Positions 27,591 through 39,119 are shown, counted from the stretch's first letter. The stretch is 64,000 bases of DNA from Candidatus Levyibacteriota bacterium (GCA_043823085.1 JBDRBE010000004.1:197510-261509), one strand, 5' to 3'. Made by a program: numbers and translations. Notes: generated by a model not told the origin, from the sequence alone.

Positions 27591-28253
27591 ATGAATATAG
27601 ATGTTGGACAAACATTGTTGCTTTCATTAACCAACGGAATGGCAGCATTTGTTTCTTTTGTCCCAAAATTTTTAGCTGGAGTGGTTATTATCCTTCTTGG
27701 CATTATTATTGCTTCTGTTATAAAGCAAGTACTAGTTGAGGTTTTCAAAGCTTTAAAGGCAGAACAATTCTTAAAAAAATACGGAGTGCCGGAAGGAAAA
27801 GAAGAGTTTTCCTGGACAAATATTCTTGCAGAAATTGTAAGATGGTTTGTGTTTATTCTCTTTTTAATTCCAACGGCAGATGTTTGGGGTCTTCCGCAGG
27901 TTGTCACGGTACTCAATACGTTCTTGCTCTATCTTCCCAATGTGTTTGTTGCGGCAATTATCGGCGTGGTTGGATTTGCGTTCGCAAAACTAACCCACGA
28001 CGTAGTTTTGACGTCAACACACAACATGGGAGTTGAGACTTCCAAAACAATTGCGTCCGTAACAAGATGGGCTGTCGTAATATTTGTCTTTTTGGCCATT
28101 TTAAATCAACTTGGTGTTGCCACAGACTTAATAAGAATTCTATTCACAGGATTTGTAGCGATGGTGGCAATAGCCGGAGGAATAGCTTTTGGGTTAGGAG
28201 GTCAGGATACGGCCAAAGACATATTGGACGGTATTCGTAGCAGGGTTAAATAA
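27591..28253 (+). CDS. TM-helix repeat protein (MscS/CmpX-like)
   Basis: FVPKFLAG, YLPNVFVA and IAFGLGGQDTAK motifs. Confidence 0.8.
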   Translation: MNIDVGQTLLLSLTNGMAAFVSFVPKFLAGVVIILLGIIIASVIKQVLVEVFKALKAEQFLKKYGVPEGKEEFSWTNILAEIVRWFVFILFLIPTADVWGLPQVVTVLNTFLLYLPNVFVAAIIGVVGFAFAKLTHDVVLTSTHNMGVETSKTIASVTRWAVVIFVFLAILNQLGVATDLIRILFTGFVAMVAIAGGIAFGLGGQDTAKDILDGIRSRVK

Positions 28254-28349
28254 CGAAGCTTTAAAAGTTCGTTAGGAATATTATCCGATAAATTCGGAAG
28301 AGTTTGGTTGGTTGAGAACTATATCAATATCGGATATAATATTAATCCT

Positions 28350-28423
28350 GCCGCCATCGTCTAGTGGCCTAGGACATCGGGTTTTCAGCCCGAGAATCAG
28401 GGGTTCGAATCCCCTTGGCGGTA
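28350..28423 (+). tRNA. tRNA-Glu(TTC)
   Basis: Cloverleaf with TCGGG-TT TTC AG-CCCGA anticodon arm. Confidence 0.94.
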
Positions 28424-28481
28424 CTGTGAGAAGCGAAGACAATATGAATTTTAAAATTGATCTGAATAAAATGCCTGAAGT

Positions 28482-29135
28482 CTAGTAATTTATGTAGTAC
28501 TCGATTTTGGCGGATTTTTGCACTTCTGCTATCCACGTTTGAAACTTTTCTCCCATTTTTTGCTGTTCCAATTGCTGTTTGATACCGGCTTTGAATTCAT
28601 CATCCGATGAACCATCGGGAGTAGTTAAATTATTATTTGCGATATAATCATCAATTTCTTTATCGCTTACACTTATATCTTTTCCCAAAATCTTTTCAAT
28701 AATTTTTTGAATTCTGATTTGCTCAACAAGATCTTGCTTTGTCATACCCTGAAATGCCAACGCGCTATCAAGCGTTTGTCCTTGATCTGTGAGTGACTTT
28801 TCAATTGTTAAAATTTGGGTGTCTATTTCGCTTTGACTAACAGTTATATTTTTCTTTTGAGCCTGCGAAAGAATCAAAAGTTTGGTAATTTCAGATTCAA
28901 CCGCCTGTTTTCCGGATTGTTTTTCTAAGCTTTGAATTATCGACAGTCTAGATATTGTTTCTCCATTAACCACTGCTGCAACAAATATTCCCCTAAAACA
29001 ATAGATAAGTCCAATTAAAACCAAAATCACAATTAAAATAGAAAACCTGGGGTTTAAGGAAAATGATTTTTTAACCACGTTTAAGTTCTGTTCAACTTTT
29101 TTTACAACTGATGCTTTCGCTTTTCTCTGCGGCAT
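28482..29135 (-). CDS. SurA/PrsA N-terminal-like foldase
   Basis: TM segment, AAVVNGETI and ITVSQSEID motifs. Confidence 0.8.
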   Translation of the reverse strand: MPQRKAKASVVKKVEQNLNVVKKSFSLNPRFSILIVILVLIGLIYCFRGIFVAAVVNGETISRLSIIQSLEKQSGKQAVESEITKLLILSQAQKKNITVSQSEIDTQILTIEKSLTDQGQTLDSALAFQGMTKQDLVEQIRIQKIIEKILGKDISVSDKEIDDYIANNNLTTPDGSSDDEFKAGIKQQLEQQKMGEKFQTWIAEVQKSAKIEYYINY

Positions 29136-29307
29136 TTTTGTATTATAGCACAATTTTTGTTTTTGCAAATGCTTTTTCCAAAAGAATCTTTCAATTGAAA
29201 AAATTCACATTCTTTCAACCGAAATTGAAAATATTCTAATCCATACCGAACCAACCGCCTAACGCTTCCATTTCTGATAAATTTTTGTTATAATTTATAG
29301 TTTGATT

Positions 29308-32238
29308 ATGACGGATAAAATTATTATTAAAGGAGCCAAAGAGCATAACCTCAAAAACATTGACGTTGAAATCCCAAAAAACAAACTGATTGTTTTTACC
29401 GGAGTGTCGGGTAGCGGAAAATCATCCCTTGCCATGGATACAATTTACGCCGAGGGTCAAAGAAGATATGTCGAATCCCTTTCTTCTTATGCCAGGCAGT
29501 TTTTAGGGATAATGAAAAAGCCGAACGTGGATTTGATCGAAGGACTGTCTCCGGCAATTTCCATTGACCAAAAAGGAGCATCGCACAACCCTCGTTCAAC
29601 AGTTGGCACGGTTACAGAAATTTATGACTATTTAAGACTTTTATTCGCCAGAATCGGCCATCCGCATTGTCCAAAATGCGGTCGGGAAATAAGCCACCTT
29701 TCCAAAGAACAAATCGTTAATAATATTTTTGAATTATTGAACAAGGACGGCGTTTCAAAAATTACAGGACTTAGAATTTTGATTATGGCTCCTCTTGTAA
29801 AAGACAGAAAAGGCGAATACCTGGAACTTTTTTCCGACTTAAAAAAACGAGGGTATAAAAAAGTAAGAATTGACGGACAAGTTTTTGATATTAATGATAA
29901 TTATATTTTAATAAAAACGAATAAACACAGTATTGAATTAATTGTTGATGCTGTTTCTTTAACTAAAAAAACCGATAGGAATAGAATTTTTTCTTCTTGC
30001 GAGCAAGCCTTAAAATTTGGCGATGGAGAAATTATTGTTTCGATTATAAAAGACAAAGGATTTAATATCCCCGAAAGTCCCAAAAAAATGGAAGACATTC
30101 TTTTCTCGGAAAAGTTTTCCTGTCCTGTTTGCGGAATATCCGTTCCGGAAATTGAACCGAGGATTTTTTCTTTTAATACTCCTCACGGAGCTTGTCCAAC
30201 CTGCAACGGTCTTGGAACAATATTAACTGTTGATAAAGATCTGGTTTTTAACAAAAATTTGAGCATAAACGAAGGGGGGATCTTACCTTTTTTTAATATT
30301 CTTGAACACGATACTTGGTTTTCCCGAACTTTTAAAAAATTCTGCCAAGAAAATGACGTTCCTTTAACAACAAGGCTCTCGCAAGTCTCAACAGAAAAAA
30401 AAGAATTATTGCTTATAGGCACAGGAGACCGGGAATATGAAGTTGAGGGCGAAAACAGATGGGGAAGAGAAACCGTAATTTATGAACCGTTTCGAGGAAT
30501 TATTTCGGAATTAAAAAACCGTTACCAAAACACACAATCTTCTTTTGTAAAATCGCAAACCGAAAAATTTATGAGAAATGTTATTTGCAGTGAATGCCGC
30601 GGTTCAAGATTAAAAAAAGAGTCATTGTCTATTACAATTGGTCAAAAATCTATTGCCGTCGTAACAGATATGTCAATTACAAATTGTTTTGAATTTATCA
30701 CAAATTTAAAGAATACAAGTTCTGAAAAGGAAAAACAAATCAGTAAATTAATTCTTAAAGAGATTCAAAACCGTCTTACATTTCTTATTGATGTCGGACT
30801 GGATTATTTAACGCTCTCAAGAGATGCCCAAACACTTGCAGGAGGAGAGGCACAAAGAATTCGGCTTGCATCACAAATTGGCAGCGGGCTAACTGGTGTT
30901 TTATACGTTTTAGACGAACCATCAATCGGACTTCATCAAAAGGACAACAAAAAACTTATCGAAACGCTTAAAAAATTGCGAGATTTGGGAAACACAGTCA
31001 TTGTCGTTGAACACGATAAAGAAACAATGGAATCCTCTGATTATATTTATGATTTTGGTCCAGAGGGAGGGGAAAAGGGCGGATATATTGTTGCTCACGG
31101 CGCACCAAGCGAAATAATGAACAATAATAATTCATTAACAGGAAAATATCTTTCCGGGGCAAAAGAGATAAAGATTCAAACCAAAAAGTTAAACACCGAA
31201 ATAGGATTAAGTGACACGTTTGCAACGTCCGACCATAATGAACTAAAAATTATTGGCGCAAAGGAACACAATCTCAAAAATATCGATGTAGTTTTCCCTT
31301 TGAACAAACTTGTCGTTATCACTGGAGTTTCGGGGAGCGGAAAGTCAACTTTGATTAACGATATTTTGTACCACGCTCTCATGCAAAAAGAAAATCCTTT
31401 TCACCACCAAAAACCGGGAGAATTTAAGGAAATTCTTGGGGCAGATTATATTAAAAATGTTTATCTAATTGATCAGTCTCCAATCGGCAGAACTCCAAGA
31501 AGCAATCCGGCCACTTATACCGGCTGTTTTAATTATATCAGAGATCTTTTTGCGCAAAGTAAAGATGCTAAATTAAAAGGATATAATCCGGGACGATTTT
31601 CATTTAATGTCAAAGGCGGAAGATGCGAATCCTGCCAAGGAGAAGGACAAATTAAAATCGAAATGCAATTTCTACCAGATATATATATTACTTGCGAAGT
31701 CTGCAGCGGAAAACAGTACACAACCGAAGTTTTGGAAGTTTTATTTAATAATAAAAATATTGCCCAAGTTTTGGATATGACGGTCTCCGAAGCGCTTTTG
31801 TTTTTTTCTTTTGTTCCCGGACTTTCATACAAACTCCAAACGCTTTACGATGTCGGATTATCATATATTAAACTTGGACAGCCTGCGCCAACACTATCGG
31901 GGGGAGAAGCCCAAAGAGTAAAACTAGCAACAGAACTTTCCAAAAAAGGCTCCAATTCTCTTTATCTTCTAGACGAACCGACCACAGGGCTTCATTTTGC
32001 CGATTTGGAAAAATTACTAAAAGTATTACGGGGACTGGTTGATAAAGGAAACAGCATATTTGTTGTTGAGCACAATCTTGACGTAATTAAAAACGCCGAT
32101 TATATAATAGATCTGGGTCCGGAGGGAGGAGAAAAAGGCGGAGAGATTATTGCAATCGGAACTCCAAAAAACATCGCAAGCGTTAAAAATTCGTATACCG
32201 GTCAATTCTTAAAACGAGCACTTGAGAATCGACACTGA
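29308..32238 (+). CDS. uvrA: Excinuclease ABC subunit A
   Basis: Two ABC modules (GVSGSGKS), Zn fingers and LSGGEAQR. Confidence 0.98.
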   Translation: MTDKIIIKGAKEHNLKNIDVEIPKNKLIVFTGVSGSGKSSLAMDTIYAEGQRRYVESLSSYARQFLGIMKKPNVDLIEGLSPAISIDQKGASHNPRSTVGTVTEIYDYLRLLFARIGHPHCPKCGREISHLSKEQIVNNIFELLNKDGVSKITGLRILIMAPLVKDRKGEYLELFSDLKKRGYKKVRIDGQVFDINDNYILIKTNKHSIELIVDAVSLTKKTDRNRIFSSCEQALKFGDGEIIVSIIKDKGFNIPESPKKMEDILFSEKFSCPVCGISVPEIEPRIFSFNTPHGACPTCNGLGTILTVDKDLVFNKNLSINEGGILPFFNILEHDTWFSRTFKKFCQENDVPLTTRLSQVSTEKKELLLIGTGDREYEVEGENRWGRETVIYEPFRGIISELKNRYQNTQSSFVKSQTEKFMRNVICSECRGSRLKKESLSITIGQKSIAVVTDMSITNCFEFITNLKNTSSEKEKQISKLILKEIQNRLTFLIDVGLDYLTLSRDAQTLAGGEAQRIRLASQIGSGLTGVLYVLDEPSIGLHQKDNKKLIETLKKLRDLGNTVIVVEHDKETMESSDYIYDFGPEGGEKGGYIVAHGAPSEIMNNNNSLTGKYLSGAKEIKIQTKKLNTEIGLSDTFATSDHNELKIIGAKEHNLKNIDVVFPLNKLVVITGVSGSGKSTLINDILYHALMQKENPFHHQKPGEFKEILGADYIKNVYLIDQSPIGRTPRSNPATYTGCFNYIRDLFAQSKDAKLKGYNPGRFSFNVKGGRCESCQGEGQIKIEMQFLPDIYITCEVCSGKQYTTEVLEVLFNNKNIAQVLDMTVSEALLFFSFVPGLSYKLQTLYDVGLSYIKLGQPAPTLSGGEAQRVKLATELSKKGSNSLYLLDEPTTGLHFADLEKLLKVLRGLVDKGNSIFVVEHNLDVIKNADYIIDLGPEGGEKGGEIIAIGTPKNIASVKNSYTGQFLKRALENRH

Positions 32239-32258
32239 TTTTCTGGTATGCTTAAAGT

Positions 32259-34130
32259 ATGAGATTTTTCTCAACTTTTGTAGTTTTTCTCTTCTGTTTC
32301 CTTTTTTTATCAATCACTAAAGTTTGTGCATTAGATAACTTTTATACTTCTTACGACGCAAATTACAATGTTTCCGAAAATGGCACTACGCAAGTATTAT
32401 TTAATATTAGCCTTACCAATAAAACAGAAAATTACTATGCATCGTCTTACAAAATTAGAACAGGATTTGACGACGCTCAAAACATAAATGCCTTTGATGC
32501 GGGCGGAAGCCTTTATACAACCACGTCAAGCACGGATCAAGGAAAAGAAATTAAAGTCGTTTTTAATAAAAAGGTCTTGGGAGCAGGCAGCATTCTTTCT
32601 TTTAATCTATCATTTTCAACCAATAATATTGCATATAAACAGGGGAATATCTGGGAAGTCAATATTCCCGGAGTTTCAAATCAAAATGATTTTGAAAAAT
32701 TTAACGCGCATGTCAAAGTTCCTCAAAGTTTTGGCGACCCGGAATATATAAAACCCGATGTTAATCTTTCGGGTTTAAATTTCACAAAGGAACAGCTTGG
32801 TAATTCCGGAATTTCAATTGCATTTGGCAAAAAACAAATTTATGATTTTACATTAACCTACCATTTAACAAATGATAAGATTTATCCTGTTGCAACCGAA
32901 ATAGCTCTTCCGCCGTCAACAAATTACCAAGATGTTTATATTGAAAATATTTCCCCAAAGCCGTCAAATGTCACTCTGGACAATGATGGAAACTGGCTGG
33001 CACAATATTCTCTTTTACCTACCAAAAAATTAGATGTTGTTGTTAAAGGAAAAGCATTGCTTTTTTTACGCCCAAGAAAACAAGTGCTATCAGCAAAAGA
33101 CTTTGAAGCCTATCTTTTGCCGGAAAAATATTGGGAGGCATCCGAAAAAATTAAAAATTTAGCCAATTCTTTAAAAACGCCAAAAGCCATTTATGAATAT
33201 GTTGCTAAAACCTTAACCTACGATTTTTCCCGCACAACAGATAATAAACCTCGTCTTGGTGCAAAAAATGTTCTGGAAAATCCTAAGTCTGCCGTCTGTC
33301 TTGAATTTACAGATCTTTTTATTGCTCTTTCGCGCGCCGCCGGAATTCCAGCTCGCGAAGTAGATGGATACGCTTACACAAAAAATGAAAGAGAGCGGCC
33401 TGTTTCTTTAATACAGGATATTTTGCATGCCTGGCCGGAGTATTACGATAAAGATTTAGAAACTTGGGTCATGATTGACCCAACTTGGGAAAATACTACA
33501 AAAGGCGTCGACTATTTTAATATTTTAGATTTTGACCATTTTGCATTTGTTATTCGGGGTCAAAACAGCAGTTATCCGATTCCAGCCGGAGGATACAAAA
33601 TACCCGCTTCAAAAAACACAAAAGACGTATCGGTTGACTTTGCAAAAAATTTTATTGAAAAAACTCCAACCCTTACAATCACTACAAGCATTCCAGATAC
33701 TGCCTTGTCAGGTTTACCCATTCAAGGAGAAATAACCCTTAAAAATGTTGGTCAAACAATTTATCCGCAAAGTCAGATAAAAATTGAGAGTGATTTTCTT
33801 TCTTTGCAAAGCGGAAAAAAAGATTTAGACGTTATTCCTCCCTATGGGACAATAAAAATTCCTGTTTCATTTGAGCAAACTCCTTTTTTGACAAACAGAG
33901 AGGCTTTAGTTAAAATTACACTCGATCAAAATTATTTTTCAAAAACAGTAAAAATTACGCCGTTTATCGTTAATCGAATAACAATCGCTCTTGGAGGAAT
34001 TTTACTTGCAACAATTATCACAATCATCTTACTTATCGTTACCAGAGGATCCAGGCATTTACCTTTTTTTAGGAAAAAGAAGCCGGATCCTTTACGTGGG
34101 GAAAGCCAGGAACCTCAAGAAACGGGTTAG
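32259..34130 (+). CDS. Transglutaminase-like secreted/membrane-anchored protein
   Basis: AVCLEF, HAWPEY and IDPTW catalytic triad motifs; signal peptide and C-terminal TM. Confidence 0.85.
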   Translation: MRFFSTFVVFLFCFLFLSITKVCALDNFYTSYDANYNVSENGTTQVLFNISLTNKTENYYASSYKIRTGFDDAQNINAFDAGGSLYTTTSSTDQGKEIKVVFNKKVLGAGSILSFNLSFSTNNIAYKQGNIWEVNIPGVSNQNDFEKFNAHVKVPQSFGDPEYIKPDVNLSGLNFTKEQLGNSGISIAFGKKQIYDFTLTYHLTNDKIYPVATEIALPPSTNYQDVYIENISPKPSNVTLDNDGNWLAQYSLLPTKKLDVVVKGKALLFLRPRKQVLSAKDFEAYLLPEKYWEASEKIKNLANSLKTPKAIYEYVAKTLTYDFSRTTDNKPRLGAKNVLENPKSAVCLEFTDLFIALSRAAGIPAREVDGYAYTKNERERPVSLIQDILHAWPEYYDKDLETWVMIDPTWENTTKGVDYFNILDFDHFAFVIRGQNSSYPIPAGGYKIPASKNTKDVSVDFAKNFIEKTPTLTITTSIPDTALSGLPIQGEITLKNVGQTIYPQSQIKIESDFLSLQSGKKDLDVIPPYGTIKIPVSFEQTPFLTNREALVKITLDQNYFSKTVKITPFIVNRITIALGGILLATIITIILLIVTRGSRHLPFFRKKKPDPLRGESQEPQETG

Positions 34131-35304
34131 CTCCTATTTTGTAAACAGAACAGTCATCGGAGAAAGAACAAGGAAGCTTATTAAATTAATTAAAAAAATA
34201 CAATATATCAAAGCAAGAAACGAATTAGAAGCATTGCTTTTGGAAGCAAAATATATTAAAAAATACGAGCCTTGCTTTAATGTCAAACTCACCGATGGGA
34301 AAACTTATCCGATGATAAAAATAACCATTAATGACAAATACCCGAAAGTCCTCGTGGCAAGAAGCGTTGATCAAAATCCAAAAGAAGGTAAATCTTTATA
34401 TTTTGGACCATATCCAAACCCCAGCTCAATGCGTTTGGTTTTACACACAATCAGACGAATTTTTCCTTTTCAAAGCGTTAACAATCATCCCAAAAAAATT
34501 TGCCTTTATTACCATTTAGGCCTTTGTCCGTGTCCTGCGGTTTTTGATTCAAATGAATTAAAAAAAGAATACCGTAAAAACATTCGCTTCATTATTACTT
34601 TTTTAAATGGCAAACTTAATGTTGTCACAAGAAGACTTGAGAAAGAAAGAAATAATTCATGTGAAAACGAAAATTTTGAAAAAGCAAAAATTTTACAACA
34701 AAAAATTGAGGCTATAAAACTAATTACTACACCCGTTATTTTACCATTTGAATATGAAATTAATCCCAACTTAAAAGCGGATTTGGCAAAAGAGGAAACA
34801 GATAAATTAAAAGAGGAGCTTGTAAAATCAGAGGTTGATATTCAAAGTCTTAAAAGAATAGAATGTTATGATATCTCCAATATTTCCGGAAAACACGCAA
34901 CCGGCTCGATGGTTGTTTTTATAAATGGAGAGCGCGAAAAATCAATATACCGTAAATTCAAAATTAATCAATCAAAGCCAAATGATGTTTTAATGCTTTA
35001 TGAAATGATTTCAAGAAGATTAAGACACAATGAATGGGACTTGCCGGATTTAATGGTCATTGACGGAGGAAAAGGACAAGTCTCATTGGCACAAAAGGCG
35101 ATTGTTGAAAGCGGCTTGAAGATTCCAATCATTGGCCTTGCCAAAAAAAATGAAAGAATAATAACCTCAGATTTTAGAGAAATAAAGCTCTCAAGAGAAT
35201 CAAAAGCGCTGCATTTTTTGCAAAAAATAAGGGACGAGGCCCACCGTTTTGCCATTTCCTACCATAAAAAACTCCGTTGGAAAACTCTTATTCCTCAAGA
35301 TTGA
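33991..35304 (+). CDS. uvrC: Excinuclease ABC subunit C (short form)
   Basis: PGIYLF...YVGKARNL GIY-YIG, IECYDISN, IDGGKGQ and RDEAHRFA motifs. Confidence 0.93.
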   Translation: MEEFYLQQLSQSSYLSLPEDPGIYLFLGKRSRILYVGKARNLKKRVSSYFVNRTVIGERTRKLIKLIKKIQYIKARNELEALLLEAKYIKKYEPCFNVKLTDGKTYPMIKITINDKYPKVLVARSVDQNPKEGKSLYFGPYPNPSSMRLVLHTIRRIFPFQSVNNHPKKICLYYHLGLCPCPAVFDSNELKKEYRKNIRFIITFLNGKLNVVTRRLEKERNNSCENENFEKAKILQQKIEAIKLITTPVILPFEYEINPNLKADLAKEETDKLKEELVKSEVDIQSLKRIECYDISNISGKHATGSMVVFINGEREKSIYRKFKINQSKPNDVLMLYEMISRRLRHNEWDLPDLMVIDGGKGQVSLAQKAIVESGLKIPIIGLAKKNERIITSDFREIKLSRESKALHFLQKIRDEAHRFAISYHKKLRWKTLIPQD

Positions 35305-35314
35305 ACCTTAATAA

Positions 35315-36670
35315 TTATTTTCTTATAATCTCATACTCGTAAGGTAAGAAGAGAAAAGAGGCGGGGGAGTCGTCGAGAAGATATTTTTGAAGATCAAGAT
35401 ATATTTTTTTTCTTTCACTACTATCAATTGTTTTTCGTCCGTCTTCCAAGAGTTTATCTATCCTTAAATTTTTATATCCTGTTATGTTGTTTTCTTGCTG
35501 GGAGTGCCAAAGACTGTATTGGTCCGGATCTTTTGGCACTTTATAGTCTCCTAAAAAAATCTGATACGAGGAAGGAACGCTATCTACAACGATTATTTTT
35601 ATTTTAACATTAATTAGTTCCCATGCTTTCGAAATTTCTTGGGCTGTTTTTTCATATCCTGAAAGGGTTTTTAACTCAAGTTCAACCTGTGAGCTTTTAC
35701 TTGCACTTGGCGCTTGAGACATTAAAATTTTAGCATGCTCAATATCCTGCGATTTTTCGAATTGGTTTGAATAAACCCACGAACTTTGTGCATACATATT
35801 CCAATTCCTCTGACCGCCAGACAAATTATCCGGCAAAGCATACGATAAAGCGTTCCTTATTTTTTTATCCGATAAAACTGCATCATTGTTATTATAAAAT
35901 AAGGTTGCCAAAAGTGAGGCATTTATGTTTTTTTGGATATTTAAATTAGGAAAAGAATCAAACGATGTATCATCAAAATCCAAATTCGAAAGACCTTGCG
36001 CTTTAGATATTTCTCCTAAATTAAAAGCAATTTTAAGAGCATCTTGACTTGGATAAAATAAATATTCTTTAACTTTTAATTTATCTTTCGCAGAAATCAT
36101 TGAAAGCGATTGAACAAAATTTCCATTAAGTTTAATGCCGATTATCTTATAATTACCGATTCCAACAAGATTATCTTTGAAAATAGGTCTTGAAACCGTT
36201 ACTAAAAAAGGACTATAGCTCTCTTTTAATTTAAAAATAATTTTATATTTATCCGGTTTTTCAACTTTTGCGTCAGAAAAATTATAATTCACTGAATTTG
36301 AGGTCAAATTGGAACCGTCGCTAAAAAAAACATCTTTTCTAAGATCGAAAACATATGTTTTTCCGTTATCTTCTATTTTCCAATTTTTAGCAATGTTTGG
36401 CAAAGGAGTACCATTGGGTGATATAACCGTAAGCCCTGATGAAACTTCTCCTAAAATTTCCTGAGGTAAATTATCATTTGTATATGCTCCAACTAAGCCT
36501 ATTGATTCTTTTTGACCGATAGGAATTTTTGACAAAATAATAGGAATTGCTGAGCGGAAAATAAAAAAGAAAACTAATCCGGCAATAAAGAAAAAAATAA
36601 TACCTTTTCCCCATTTCCGAAGATATGCTTTTATTAACCAGAAAATTAATCTTCTTCTAAATACAAACAT
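35315..36670 (-). CDS. ABC transporter substrate-binding protein, family 5
   Basis: W.IEDNGKTYVF.L, DPDQYSLWHS and IDKLLEDGR motifs. Confidence 0.85.
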   Translation of the reverse strand: MFVFRRRLIFWLIKAYLRKWGKGIIFFFIAGLVFFFIFRSAIPIILSKIPIGQKESIGLVGAYTNDNLPQEILGEVSSGLTVISPNGTPLPNIAKNWKIEDNGKTYVFDLRKDVFFSDGSNLTSNSVNYNFSDAKVEKPDKYKIIFKLKESYSPFLVTVSRPIFKDNLVGIGNYKIIGIKLNGNFVQSLSMISAKDKLKVKEYLFYPSQDALKIAFNLGEISKAQGLSNLDFDDTSFDSFPNLNIQKNINASLLATLFYNNNDAVLSDKKIRNALSYALPDNLSGGQRNWNMYAQSSWVYSNQFEKSQDIEHAKILMSQAPSASKSSQVELELKTLSGYEKTAQEISKAWELINVKIKIIVVDSVPSSYQIFLGDYKVPKDPDQYSLWHSQQENNITGYKNLRIDKLLEDGRKTIDSSERKKIYLDLQKYLLDDSPASFLFLPYEYEIIRK

Positions 36671-36696
36671 AATTCTTTTAGTTTTTACGGATTATT

Positions 36697-36909
36697 TTAA
36701 TGAGGGAAAAGAAGCACAAGTGACAATGTTCCAAAAAAAACGATTAAGATTATTGTCGCAATAACCAATAATCGCTCAACGCTTCTTCTGCTTTGATAAA
36801 ATTCACCGCCCCCGCCAAAAGCTGTTGACAATCCGCTGCTTCTTGACTGCAATAGAACTGCTACAATCAAAAAAACCGCAACTAAAATCTGTAGCACTGT
36901 AAAAATCAT
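36697..36909 (-). CDS. secG: Preprotein translocase subunit SecG
   Basis: VLLQSRSSGLSTAFGG and two TM segments. Confidence 0.9.
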   Translation of the reverse strand: MIFTVLQILVAVFLIVAVLLQSRSSGLSTAFGGGGEFYQSRRSVERLLVIATIILIVFFGTLSLVLLFPH

Positions 36910-36921
36910 AAATTTTCTGTA

Positions 36922-37884
36922 TTATTGTATCGCTTCGCCTACTGCTTTTGCAAGTTTTTCGCTTGAATGGTAAAGCGGAAATTCTTCGTTAATCAAATCT
37001 TTTTGAACAATCTTAATGCCATTATTATTAGCTATGTGATTTGGCTTGACGTACTCATACTGAAATTTAAATTTGCTGGGGATTTTTGGACTAAAATTAT
37101 TATTAACAAGAAAGTATTCAAAAACTTTTGAGCTACAATGTCTGATTATTGAATTAATAAAATCGCAAATTTTATAATTTGGCGTTTCGTAAGTTTTATT
37201 TGCAATATTGACAATAAACATTTTCCTTGCCTTTGATTGTTTTAGGGCTTTTAGAATATCTTTGACTAAAAGTACGGGTAAAATTGTTGTATAGAAATCT
37301 CCCGGCCCGGCAATTATTAAATCTGCATCCAAGATTGCTTTTTTTACTTCCTCCGGAGACGTAGAATTACTTGGTTTAAGAAATAGTTTTTCAATTTTAC
37401 CGCTAAACCGCCCTAAATCAATATTTTCTTCACGGTAAACGTTTTCGCCCGAACTTGTTTTTGCCCAAATCGTTATATTGTCTGTAGTTGAAGGAAGGAT
37501 TTTACCGATTGTTTGAAAAATTCTTTGCATTTGAAAAACCGCTTTATGAAAATCACCTGTTATTGAAGAAAGAGCGACTAAAATCAAATTGCCCATTTTT
37601 TGTCCGGGCAATGATCTATCTGAACCATAGCGATTGCCCAAAAACCTGTAGGTCAACAAATCACGCATCAGAGGATCTGCGTTTGACAAAGCGGCAATAC
37701 AACTTACCAAGTCTCCGGGAGGAGGAACGCCAAAATACCTTCTTAATCTTCCAGCTGACCCGCCGTCATCTGCCATAGAAACAACAACAGTAATGTTGCC
37801 CGTGTATTTTTTTAGTCCTTTAATTAGATTTACCGTGCCTATTCCGCCACCCAAACAAACAATCTTTTTATTTGAAAAACCCAT
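36922..37884 (-). CDS. yvcK: YvcK/UPF0052 family protein
   Basis: GGGIG, DDGGSAGRLR and PPGD motifs. Confidence 0.9.
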   Translation of the reverse strand: MGFSNKKIVCLGGGIGTVNLIKGLKKYTGNITVVVSMADDGGSAGRLRRYFGVPPPGDLVSCIAALSNADPLMRDLLTYRFLGNRYGSDRSLPGQKMGNLILVALSSITGDFHKAVFQMQRIFQTIGKILPSTTDNITIWAKTSSGENVYREENIDLGRFSGKIEKLFLKPSNSTSPEEVKKAILDADLIIAGPGDFYTTILPVLLVKDILKALKQSKARKMFIVNIANKTYETPNYKICDFINSIIRHCSSKVFEYFLVNNNFSPKIPSKFKFQYEYVKPNHIANNNGIKIVQKDLINEEFPLYHSSEKLAKAVGEAIQ

Positions 37885-37885
37885 A

Positions 37886-38290
37886 TTAGCTTTTTGTCAC
37901 CCAGGTAAGGAATGAGATTATAATCGATAAAACAGCTGCTGTAACTACAAAAGCAAAAAAAGTGTTAAAGTAGATCGAAGGTATAACAAATCCCACAAAA
38001 CTAAAGCCTTTAAAAACAAATGAATGAACTGAAATTTGAGGAACAAATGCAGTTAGGAGATAAAGAATAATCGCGTTAATAAAAAAGGAAAACATACCAA
38101 AAGTAATCAAGTTAATTGGGAAAGCGATTAATGAAAGAATTGGACGAATTAGCATTGTTAAAAGTGTAAGAGCAGCTCCGCCAAAAAGAAAAGTTGGAAA
38201 TCCTTCTTTAACTTTTAATCCCGCTATAATTTGCGACGCGGCAAAAATCGAGAATCCGTTTATAGCAATCGTTCTAAGTAAAGACTTCAT
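37886..38290 (-). CDS. YvlD/phage-holin-4 family membrane protein
   Basis: IRPIL..I.FPINLITFG.F...INA motif. Confidence 0.85.
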   Translation of the reverse strand: MKSLLRTIAINGFSIFAASQIIAGLKVKEGFPTFLFGGAALTLLTMLIRPILSLIAFPINLITFGMFSFFINAIILYLLTAFVPQISVHSFVFKGFSFVGFVIPSIYFNTFFAFVVTAAVLSIIISFLTWVTKS

Positions 38291-38376
38291 AAATGTTTCG
38301 TAACTTTGATGCTAACAAATAACAAACTTTCTGTCAAACTTGCAATCGAGTTTAAAATAAATTATCTTTTATAAAC

Positions 38377-39042
38377 ATGACGAAGCCTGATTTTAAAAAA
38401 GAGAAAAAACTTTGGAAAAAAGGGTATAGCGTTATTGGAATTGATGAAGTGGGTAGAGGAGCTTTTGCAGGCCCATTGGTCGTTGGAGGAGTTGTTTTTA
38501 AAAACGATGTTGACAAAACATCAATCGATGGAATTAATGATTCAAAATTGATAAAACCAAAGCGAAGGAAATACCTATCTAAAAAAATTAGAGAAATATC
38601 TTTTTGCACCTCAACCGTTACCATTCCAGTTTCTGTGATAAACAAACAAGGAATTGGAAACGCAACAAGCATAGGATTTAGAAAAGTCGTATCTAAATTA
38701 ATCAATTCATTAAAAATTGAAAATTTAAAATTGAAAATTCCAAAACAAAATATTTTTGTTTTGGTGGATGGATTTCATGTTAAATATATCAGAGGTGTCG
38801 GTTTAAAAAACCAAGAGGCAATAATAAAAGGAGACCAAAAAAGTATTTCAATTGCCGCCGCATCAATTATTGCAAAAGTCCACAGAGATAAATTAATGAA
38901 AAAGTTACATAAAAAATATCCGCTGTATGGATTTGCAAAACACAAAGGCTATGGAACAAAAGAACACCAAAAGGCAATCAAAAAATACGGCCTTTCAAAA
39001 CTCCACCGAAAATCCTTTAATCTCCTAAAGTTCACTAAATAA
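38377..39042 (+). CDS. rnhB: Ribonuclease HII
   Basis: GIDEVGRG, DSK, SIAAASIIAKV and HKGYGT motifs. Confidence 0.96.
   Translation: MTKPDFKKEKKLWKKGYSVIGIDEVGRGAFAGPLVVGGVVFKNDVDKTSIDGINDSKLIKPKRRKYLSKKIREISFCTSTVTIPVSVINKQGIGNATSIGFRKVVSKLINSLKIENLKLKIPKQNIFVLVDGFHVKYIRGVGLKNQEAIIKGDQKSISIAAASIIAKVHRDKLMKKLHKKYPLYGFAKHKGYGTKEHQKAIKKYGLSKLHRKSFNLLKFTK
38714..38741. repeat. AAATTGA-type 7-bp run inside rnhB
   Basis: AAATTGA AAATTTA AAATTGA AAATTCC, encoding KIENLKLKI. Confidence 0.65.
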
Positions 39043-39046
39043 CTTG

Positions 39047-39119
39047 CGCGTTCGGGGAGAGTCGAACTCCCAACCGCCTCGTCCGAAGCGAGGTGCTCTA
39101 TCCATTAAGCTACGAACGC
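39047..39119 (-). tRNA. tRNA-Arg(TCG)
   Basis: Cloverleaf with CCTCG-CT TCG GA-CGAGG anticodon arm. Confidence 0.93.

Noticed and set aside
27104-27916. Minus-strand ORFs 27104-27442 and 27527-27916, and similar short antisense ORFs elsewhere in the track
   Set aside because: Antisense to better-supported genes and without recognisable motifs
37886-38290. Phage holin implying a prophage
   Set aside because: YvlD-like gene in a housekeeping context (yvcK, secG)
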